Source: a virus (taxonomy: Duplodnaviria > Caudoviricetes). Taken from it: a stretch of 53,503 nt of DNA. Below the pieces are notes generated by a model. The model did no database searches and had not been told where the DNA came from. It saw only the letters and a list, made by a program, of their open reading frames with translations. Position numbers and translations under genes: made by a program. This document shows positions 1-6,744 of this stretch, piece after piece (position 1 is the stretch's first letter; each line of letters begins with the position of its first letter). Location of the stretch: the IMG/VR virus record IMGVR_UViG_3300015370_000019, positions 1-53,503 of that record; one strand, written 5' to 3'.

Positions 1-46
1 CTTCGGGAGCAAGGGGTCGGGAGTTCGAATCTCCCCGCTCCGACCA
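1..46 (+). tRNA. 3' half of tRNA-Pro (anticodon CGG), also the attL core; the 5' part lies upstream of the window
   Basis: Anticodon loop TTCGGGA, then GCAAG stem strand, T-arm GGGAG-TTCGAAT-CTCCC, and an acceptor end CGCTCCGACCA. Confidence 0.88.
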
Positions 47-67
47 ATGTTTTCAAGGGGTTGGGAA

Positions 68-547
68 ATGCGCCCCGAAGCAGCGCCCAAGAAACCGCCC
101 AGGAAACTGGCCGCTGCAGCGGCCAGTCTGGTGCCGATTGGAGTGCTGGTCACGGCCGGGTTTGCCATCGTGCTGGCACCGCCGGAGCGGCCGTTGCGCT
201 CGGCGCCGAACGCCATCACGGAGGCCGGTGAGGCCATCACCGTGGTCGATGGCGACACGGTCGACATTGCCGGCGCGCGCTATCGCCTGCAGGGCTTTGA
301 CGCCCCGGAAATCTACCACGCCAAATGCGGGCAAGAGCGCGATCGCGGATTGCTGGCGGCGGCGCGGCTGATCGCGTTGCTGCGCGACGGCCAAGTCAGG
401 GTGCGGCGCAGTCACAAGTTGGAAAAGTGGGGGAGAGGATTGGCGCGCATCAGCGTCGCCGGGCGCGATGTCAGCGCATTGCTGATCGCGGAAGGGCACG
501 CGCGGGCCTATGACGGCAAAAGCCGGCGGCCGGGCTGGTGCCGATAG
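68..547 (+). CDS. Thermonuclease (SNase/ParB-like) family protein with N-terminal membrane anchor
   Basis: Motifs VVDGDT, RLQGFDAPE, EKWGRGLA, LIAEGHARAY; hydrophobic N-terminus; start codon uncertain. Confidence 0.85.
   Translation: MRPEAAPKKPPRKLAAAAASLVPIGVLVTAGFAIVLAPPERPLRSAPNAITEAGEAITVVDGDTVDIAGARYRLQGFDAPEIYHAKCGQERDRGLLAAARLIALLRDGQVRVRRSHKLEKWGRGLARISVAGRDVSALLIAEGHARAYDGKSRRPGWCR
85..107 (+). repeat. Putative integrase arm-type sites, left arm
   Basis: GCCCAAGAAAC (85-95) and GCCCAGGAAAC (97-107); the same 11-mer occurs in tandem near the right end. Confidence 0.7.
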
Positions 548-550
548 GAT

Positions 551-588
551 GGCCCCGCACCTCAACGGGAGAGAGCAGGTGCGGGGCT
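551..588. terminator. Hairpin between convergent nuclease and lysis genes
   Basis: Inverted repeat GGCCCCGCACCT...AGGTGCGGGGCT; weak U-tract. Confidence 0.45.
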
Positions 589-654
589 TACGCGGCGCGG
601 GTGTGCGGGGTGGACGCACCGGCGCCGAACACGCGGGATGACGGACCTGATGCG

Positions 655-747
655 TCAGATGATGGCGACTATGCCGGCGGCGATGGCGCAGGCAATCCAG
701 ATTTGCCGATAGAGCGGCTGCACACTAAACCACCGCAGCGGTTGCAT
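655..747 (-). CDS. 30-aa membrane peptide ending the lysis operon
   Basis: MQPLRWFSVQPLYRQIWIACAIAAGIVAII; its start overlaps the upstream stop (TGATG). Confidence 0.4.
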   Translation of the reverse strand: MQPLRWFSVQPLYRQIWIACAIAAGIVAII

Positions 748-1094
748 CACATCACACCGAACAGAATGCGGATGAGCGGCAGCGCGTCCGCGTGCGTCAT
801 CTTGCCTGCGACCACGGCTGCGAGCAATGCCATCGCTCCAAGCACCTGCGCCAGCCGGCTGATGGTCAGCCATGGGACTGCTGCAGGCTGGGCAGATGGC
901 AGCGTCAACTGCGCGGCGATGCGATCCGGCAGGTCGTGGATCTCGGTGCGCAGGGCTTGCGTTTCGCGGATGCCGGAGAGCATGATTTCCGTTTGCCGGC
1001 GGCTCTCCGCCTGCAGCCCGCCCAACAGGACGCCCAATGCCATCGGATCGTGCTGATGACCATTCCTCTCGTGGTTCATGGGCTGCAGCTCCAT
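747..1094 (-). CDS. Membrane protein in lysis cluster, holin candidate
   Basis: Coiled-coil N-terminus and hydrophobic C-terminal helices; follows the spanins. Confidence 0.55.
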   Translation of the reverse strand: MELQPMNHERNGHQHDPMALGVLLGGLQAESRRQTEIMLSGIRETQALRTEIHDLPDRIAAQLTLPSAQPAAVPWLTISRLAQVLGAMALLAAVVAGKMTHADALPLIRILFGVM

Positions 1095-1112
1095 AAAGCA
1101 TTTCTTCCCTCA

Positions 1113-1463
1113 TCATGGTTGGGTGGCTGCGCTGGCAGCCTGGTTGGCGATTGCCTGGCGATCTTTGACGGCGCCTTGCAAAGAGTGCAGCCGGCCACGC
1201 GCACGCAACCGGCCATTGCGTTCGCAATCGTGGGCAGCCTCAAGGTCTTCAACCGGGTACTTGTCCTTGCCCGGATGTAGACAGGTGATATCAGGCTCAG
1301 CCAGCAACAGGCGCGCGTCGATGTCAGGCAAGGCCAGCGGCTTGACCACGACGTTATTTGACGCGCAACCGCTCAGCAGGAATGAGGCAGCGGCTGCAAG
1401 GATCGGAAAGTGGGGAAGATGCCCGCTGCCGGCGCAGATCCTCAATCTCGTTTTTCTGCTCAT
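1113..1463 (-). CDS. o-spanin-like lipoprotein (Rz1-like)
   Basis: Lipobox LLSG-C after a hydrophobic stretch; overlaps the 3' end of the i-spanin gene; likely start MSRKT. Confidence 0.7.
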   Translation of the reverse strand: MSRKTRLRICAGSGHLPHFPILAAAASFLLSGCASNNVVVKPLALPDIDARLLLAEPDITCLHPGKDKYPVEDLEAAHDCERNGRLRARGRLHSLQGAVKDRQAIANQAASAATQP

Positions 1464-1737
1464 CGTTTTGCCTTTCCAGTTCCTCGAGCCGCTGGCGATC
1501 GGCCGCCGGTAATGTGCGGCCGGCCGCTTCGATGATGTCGGTGACGTGGCGCGATTGTTCCTTGATCTGCTTGCGCCAAAAGGCATCACGCTCTGAGCGG
1601 GCATCGCAGCGGGCGAGCTGCAGCACGATGAAGCCCAGCGCCACGATGACGATGACGCGCAGCGCCGGGCCGACCAGGCCGGCGCCGGCCGTGCGGATCT
1701 CGATCAGTTGACGTTCAAGAGTTTCATTCATGCTCAC
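1354..1737 (-). CDS. i-spanin-like protein (Rz-like)
   Basis: N-terminal TM helix, coiled-coil and C-terminal Cys residues; directly after the endolysin. Confidence 0.7.
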   Translation of the reverse strand: MSMNETLERQLIEIRTAGAGLVGPALRVIVIVALGFIVLQLARCDARSERDAFWRKQIKEQSRHVTDIIEAAGRTLPAADRQRLEELERQNDEQKNEIEDLRRQRASSPLSDPCSRCLIPAERLRVK

Positions 1738-3026
1738 TTGCCAAGGTTGGCGCCGGTGCGCGCGTCATCAACTCGGATATCTTCGACGGCCTGGCCGTCG
1801 AACCACAGGCGGGCGCCATAGATCACGCCAACGGTGCACACCAGGCTGACGATGCCGGCCGGCGTGAAGAGCCAGCTGAGCGCAGCCGACCAGGCCTCGC
1901 TGTTCTGCTTCACCTGATCGATCCAACCCGGGACCTCCGAGAGCGTCGCGGGGATCGTGAAGGCGGCGCCAAGGCCGCCGGCGCTGCCGAACATCGCAAA
2001 CAGCCCCTTACGCTGCACCTTGCGCGCGACGGCAACGGTGCGCGAACCGACTGCCGCCAGCTCATCGCCGGTGATCTGTTCGCGCGAGCCACGGTCGACG
2101 GCCTCAGCTGAGCGCATCGCGCCCCACGTCATCGGGCCAACGATGCCGTCGACTGTGAGGTTGTTGTCCCCTTGGAAGGCGCGCACCTGGCGTTGGGTTT
2201 CCTCGCCAAAGATGCCGTCGACCTTGCCCAGATGATAGCCCAGCTCGGCAAGGCGCTCCTGCATGGCGCGCACCTCGGTGCAATCGTCGCCCTTGCGCAG
2301 CACCATCCAGTTGGTGGCAACCTGCACGGCGGCGATTTCATCGCTGACCGCGGCGTCGCGCCATTCCGCCCACGCCTTGCGATACCATTTGCGGCGATCC
2401 TCGAGGCCGTTGGGTTTGGCGGTGCTGCGCGGGTTGCCCAAATTCACGCCCTTGGAAACGGCATCGCCCTGGTTGCGATCGGCATAGGCGTTGAGGTTGC
2501 GATGATCCCACTCAAGCACGAAGGCCTTGGTGCCGATCGACGCGTCCTCGAGCAACTCAGGCTTGGCCTCGAGGTCAACGCCGAGCTGGCTGCCGTATTG
2601 CAGCGATTGGCCCTTGCCGGTCACCTGGCCCGGTCCCCAGCCGCGATAGGCGAAGCCGTCGCCGGCGGCGGTGTTGCCGAGCCGGCGGGCCATGGATGGG
2701 TTGCCCAAGCCATAGACGCGCTCAGCCAGCTCATAGGGCTTGCCGGCAAGGCGGCCGGCCTCGCCCCACATGACGCGGGCAGAGTGCCGGCCTAGCCCAA
2801 AAATCTGCATGATGCGCTTTGACGAATAGCGCATGTCCTCGCGCACGATGCGCAGGCCATCGGTCTCGTGGCCGATCTGCGCGCAGAAATGGCACCAGCG
2901 CAACGGGCTTGCGAGCAGGCCGTGCTCGGCAAAAAACGGCTGCTCATGCAGAAGCGCGTCAATGTAGGTCTGGCGGGCGTTCGGGAACACCCGGCGGAGG
3001 CTGGCCTCCGTCAACTTGATCGTCAT
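1734..3026 (-). CDS. Endolysin: GH19 chitinase-like domain, peptidoglycan-binding domain and C-terminal TM helices
   Basis: GH19 motifs HFCAQIGHETDGL, LGNTAAGDGFAYRG and QVTGK; PG_binding_1 motif VDGIFGEET...FQ...LTVDGIVGPMTW. Confidence 0.9.
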   Translation of the reverse strand: MTIKLTEASLRRVFPNARQTYIDALLHEQPFFAEHGLLASPLRWCHFCAQIGHETDGLRIVREDMRYSSKRIMQIFGLGRHSARVMWGEAGRLAGKPYELAERVYGLGNPSMARRLGNTAAGDGFAYRGWGPGQVTGKGQSLQYGSQLGVDLEAKPELLEDASIGTKAFVLEWDHRNLNAYADRNQGDAVSKGVNLGNPRSTAKPNGLEDRRKWYRKAWAEWRDAAVSDEIAAVQVATNWMVLRKGDDCTEVRAMQERLAELGYHLGKVDGIFGEETQRQVRAFQGDNNLTVDGIVGPMTWGAMRSAEAVDRGSREQITGDELAAVGSRTVAVARKVQRKGLFAMFGSAGGLGAAFTIPATLSEVPGWIDQVKQNSEAWSAALSWLFTPAGIVSLVCTVGVIYGARLWFDGQAVEDIRVDDARTGANLGK

Positions 3027-3047
3027 CTTGTCACTCCCATTGAAGTT

Positions 3048-3452
3048 TCACGCGTCGGGCAGCTCTCTGGTGCGGCGATATTCCATGAAATCGGCAACCC
3101 AGCCGCGGCCGCCGAACAGGCGTACCGCAGCCCACATCAACGACCGTTTCCACAACGGTGAGCCGAGGCTCTTGAGCGCGTCGTAAAACAGCGCGTCCGC
3201 CATCCACCGCGGCGTAATGTGGGTCGAATAGAGATAGTCGTGCAGCACGGCGGCGGCGGCGGTGTCGAACTCGAAGCGCTCGAAAAACAGCCGCGCGATT
3301 TTGGGAATGGATGCGAGATCGGAGCGATAGCCGGCCGGCACCTCGATTGCGTAGCCCCAGCCTGTGACATAGGTGAGATTGGCGGCAAGCCGGGCATCGC
3401 GATCGCCCATCACCGGCTCGATCATGAGTGCGCTGAATTTCCCGGTGTGCAT
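3048..3452 (-). CDS. DUF1353-family protein
   Basis: Motifs VPAGYRSDLASIP, AAVLHDYLY, ADALF and WAAVRLFG. Confidence 0.85.
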   Translation of the reverse strand: MHTGKFSALMIEPVMGDRDARLAANLTYVTGWGYAIEVPAGYRSDLASIPKIARLFFERFEFDTAAAAVLHDYLYSTHITPRWMADALFYDALKSLGSPLWKRSLMWAAVRLFGGRGWVADFMEYRRTRELPDA

Positions 3453-3464
3453 GATCGTTACCCC

Positions 3465-4918
3465 TCAGATCAGTGCGAGCTGGCGTGCCGGCACACGCTC
3501 GATGGCGTGCACCAAGTCCGGCTGCGTTTCTGCCTCGCGCACGGCCGCCTCGATACGGCGGCAGGCAATGTCGAAGTAATCCTCGCCAAGCTCGCAGCCG
3601 ATGAAGCGCACGCCCTCGCGGACGGCGGCAATGCCGGTTGAGCCGGAACCCATGAACGGGTCGAGCACCTGGCCACGGGGCGGCGTCACCAGCCGGATCA
3701 GCCAGCGCATCAGATCGATGGGCTTGACGGTCGGGTGATGGTTTTTTGCCGGTGGGCAGCCGCGCTCCTGAAAGCTGCCGTTGAGGCTCGGCATGGCGAT
3801 GGCCTCGCAGCCGGCCATGCCGAATTCGCGCTCCTCGCGGCTGGCCTTGGCCGAATAGAAGAACCGCAGCGCCGGGCGATCGGCCGGCAGCACGCACTCG
3901 ACGACCTCAAGCGAACCGTCATGCAGCACGTTGGCCGGCCACCGGCCCTCGGAGTCGGTGGGCGGGCCGTTGTGGCCCAGCCCGCAGTTGCCATCGTGCC
4001 AGGTGTTGCCGCCGGCGGCCTTGCCACCCCAGCCAGTTGGCTTGTCGGCATCGACGCGGCAAGCATCGATGTTGATGGCGCCGGTGCCATGCTTCAAAAC
4101 GTTGCGGGAAACCGAACCCTCGGACAGCGGCTTGCGGGCAATGGCGATCGGCTCATGGGCTGGTTTCAGGGCGGTGCCCCAGCCGCTCCATTGTATAGCG
4201 TCATCGAAGACGGCAGCGCCTTTCGGGCGCCGCTCGTAATGTTGCCCCATCGACCGCTTCATATCGCTTTGAACCGGCTGGCCAGCACGCCCCCGCCATA
4301 CCCCCCCCGCTTGTCAATGTCTTTTGACACATCGAGCGATTTTGGAAACCCGGAGCCATAAAGCCACATCGCCTGGTCGCGCAGATGCATGCCGCTCAAG
4401 CGGATCGCCATCGTCATAAGGTCATAGGTGCGCGAACCGGCAAAGGCCGCCAGGTGGCCGCCGGGCTTCAGGCAGCGCTCAACCTCGCGCCAGGTGGCCG
4501 GCCCCGGCACGAAGCTATCCCAGCTCTTGCCCATGAAGCCCTTGGCCGTGCCCTTATAGTCATCGCCATTGAGCCAGTGCCGCAGCACTTCCACCATGTT
4601 GGGCTCGCTCGAGAGGCCATAGGGCGGATCGCAAACGGCGGCATGCACTGAGGCTTCAGACAGGCCCTGCAGCACCTCTCGGCAATCGCCGCGGTAAAGT
4701 GTGCATTGCCCGATCTGCTCGACGACGATCGCCGGCGATTTGCGCTTGGCGGCGGCCGGCTTCTTTGCCGTCGTCTTTTTGGCTGGCGCTGCCTTGGCGG
4801 CGGGCTTGCGGCCACGCTTGGCGGCCGGCTTTTTCGGTTCGCGCGTGCTCTTCTGGCCAGCGCTCTTCTGCCCCGCGCTCTTCCGGCCGGGGCTCTTCGA
4901 AACGGTCTTTGCGCTCAT
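3465..4918 (-). pseudogene. N6-adenine/N4-cytosine DNA methyltransferase (beta class), frameshifted at a G8 tract into ORFs 4259-4918 and 3465-4262
   Basis: Upstream part has catalytic DPPY and WLYGSGFPKS; downstream part has GWGTALKPAHEPI, HPTVKP and SAM-binding DPFMGSGSTG; one extra G at 4301-4308 fuses the two frames. Confidence 0.85.
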
Positions 4919-5916
4919 TGCTTGGCCTTGCCTTCGATGCCGGTGGTGTAGCCGCCCTTGGCGAATTTGTGCGCGGCCGTCTCGATGATGAACGGCACGC
5001 CGTCGACCTTGGGCCTGACGCCGGCATAGGTCATCGGCGCGCCGCCGCGGGCGGAAACGTTGCCCTCGATCGTCACCGAGGTGCTGTCGGCGCTCATGCC
5101 AAGCTCGCGGGCCTTGGCCTTGGCGGCGCGTTCGGCTTCATCCTTGTCGCCGTAGGGCTGGCGCAGCGTGTATTCGGCGCCGTCCTCGGCGTCGGCGTTG
5201 GCGGGCGCTTCCACCGTTTTGCGCTCGGCGTTTTCGGTGTCCTGATATTCGGCCTTGACCTTCTGCACCTTCTCGCGGGCGGCCAGGTGCACCTGGCAGG
5301 TGCCCTTGACGATCATCGGCGGCGTGATGATCAGCTGCGAAAGACCAGCGCCGGCCGGCGACTGGCCGGAGCCCTTCTCGGCCAAAATCATCTTGCCATC
5401 CTTGATGGCGAACAGCCCGCCGATGCGATCGCTGACGCGGCGGCCGAAGTGCAGAATGCTTTCGTTCTGCATGCCGGCCCAATCGTTGGGGAACTTGAGG
5501 CCGGAAAGCGCCGGCGCGATCTGCAGTTGCAACCCTTCCTCGCCGGCGAGCTCACCGAACACCGAGCCCACCGTGCCGCCATCCCAATGCCGCTCCTGGT
5601 GCTTTTTCAGGCCAGCCTTGAGGTCGGCGGCCTTGGCCGAGATGCGCACGCCATACGGCAGGCACTCGAGCGTCACGTCGGCGTCGGAAAAGGCGCCGAA
5701 GTATTCGAGGCCGGTCTCAATGTAGCCGCCCCAGACCTTGATGATGGCGCGCTTGTCTGGCACCTCGATGAAGTTGGGCGAACCATCGTTGAGCGATAAT
5801 TCGAGGCTGTCAGAGCGCGTGCCGGCGCGGTCGTTGACGGTCACGTCCTTCAACAGCGACAGGAACAGGCCCGAGACCGGCGTGCCGTTGATGGTGATGA
5901 TGAATTTAGGGTGCAT
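4915..5916 (-). CDS. Baseplate hub / late control protein (P2 gpD-like)
   Basis: Motifs VTVNDRAGTRSDSLELSLND and QNES; follows the gpX-like gene; likely start MHPKF. Confidence 0.85.
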   Translation of the reverse strand: MHPKFIITINGTPVSGLFLSLLKDVTVNDRAGTRSDSLELSLNDGSPNFIEVPDKRAIIKVWGGYIETGLEYFGAFSDADVTLECLPYGVRISAKAADLKAGLKKHQERHWDGGTVGSVFGELAGEEGLQLQIAPALSGLKFPNDWAGMQNESILHFGRRVSDRIGGLFAIKDGKMILAEKGSGQSPAGAGLSQLIITPPMIVKGTCQVHLAAREKVQKVKAEYQDTENAERKTVEAPANADAEDGAEYTLRQPYGDKDEAERAAKAKARELGMSADSTSVTIEGNVSARGGAPMTYAGVRPKVDGVPFIIETAAHKFAKGGYTTGIEGKAKQ

Positions 5917-6071
5917 TGGTTCTTTCTTGGTCCACACTCGGTTGCTCAACACGGCGCAAGCGCGTGTTGACGTGCAAGCCGGTGTGGAGCCGGCTACCTA
6001 CATCTGATGGCGAGTTGTCATGCGCCGGATGCCGCGAAGCGGTGGGCATCTGAAGGCGCAAAAAAGGACCG

Positions 6072-6299
6072 TTAATCCCAGAGCTTCTGCGAACTGGTGC
6101 GGGCAAACTGATCGCCGGGCGCCATGTCGGGCAGAGTGATGGTGGTGCCCGGCGGCAGGATCGGCATCGCAAGCGCGATGCGGCGGGCGCTGTTGGCTTC
6201 GAGCACGCGCTCGACGACGCCTTCCTGGCGGCCGGGATAAGCCTTGAGGCAGATGAGGTCGAGCATCTCGCTGCCCTCGGTGGTGTAGGTGCGCGGCAT
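6072..6299 (-). CDS. Tail protein X (P2 gpX-like, LysM-like)
   Basis: YTTEGSEMLDLIC...VLEAN...LPPGTTITLPD...LWD. Confidence 0.9.
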   Translation of the reverse strand: MPRTYTTEGSEMLDLICLKAYPGRQEGVVERVLEANSARRIALAMPILPPGTTITLPDMAPGDQFARTSSQKLWD

Positions 6300-6309
6300 G
6301 ATTTCCCAA

Positions 6310-6744
6310 TCAGAAAAGCGAGAGCGCGGCGCTCACCGGCCCGGTGTAGCGCAGCAGATCGATGCGGTAGGCGTTGCGGCGCGGCAACGCCTTGCGCGTG
6401 TGCTCGGTACGGTCCTCGCCGACACTCTGGATGACGTGCAGGCCCTTCACGTCGCCAGCCAACGTCACCAGCATCAACGGGATGCCGGCGATGGCGGCTG
6501 AGCGAACGCCCTCGAGCTGGCTGAGGCCGCCGAACTCTTCGGGGAACAACACGCCGGAAATGGTCAGGCTGTCGCTGTTCGGCCCGGTGAACTGCAGGGC
6601 GTTGAAGCGATCGACGACCTCGATCTCGGCCCAACTGGTGTCGAGATCGCGGCCGATGCCTTCGAACGCAAAGCCAAGCGCGCGAAACGTGAACGGGCCA
6701 AGCGCCATCGGTGACGGCCCCTGCGATTGGCGAAAGACGGCCAT
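6310..6744 (-). CDS. Tail protein (P2 gpU-like)
   Basis: MALGPFTF, LQFTGP and TISGVLFPEEFGG; follows the tape measure gene. Confidence 0.9.
   Translation of the reverse strand: MAVFRQSQGPSPMALGPFTFRALGFAFEGIGRDLDTSWAEIEVVDRFNALQFTGPNSDSLTISGVLFPEEFGGLSQLEGVRSAAIAGIPLMLVTLAGDVKGLHVIQSVGEDRTEHTRKALPRRNAYRIDLLRYTGPVSAALSLF

Noticed and set aside
6021-6066. Intrinsic terminator after gpX
   Set aside because: On the coding strand the U-run precedes the hairpin; treated as part of the structured leader instead
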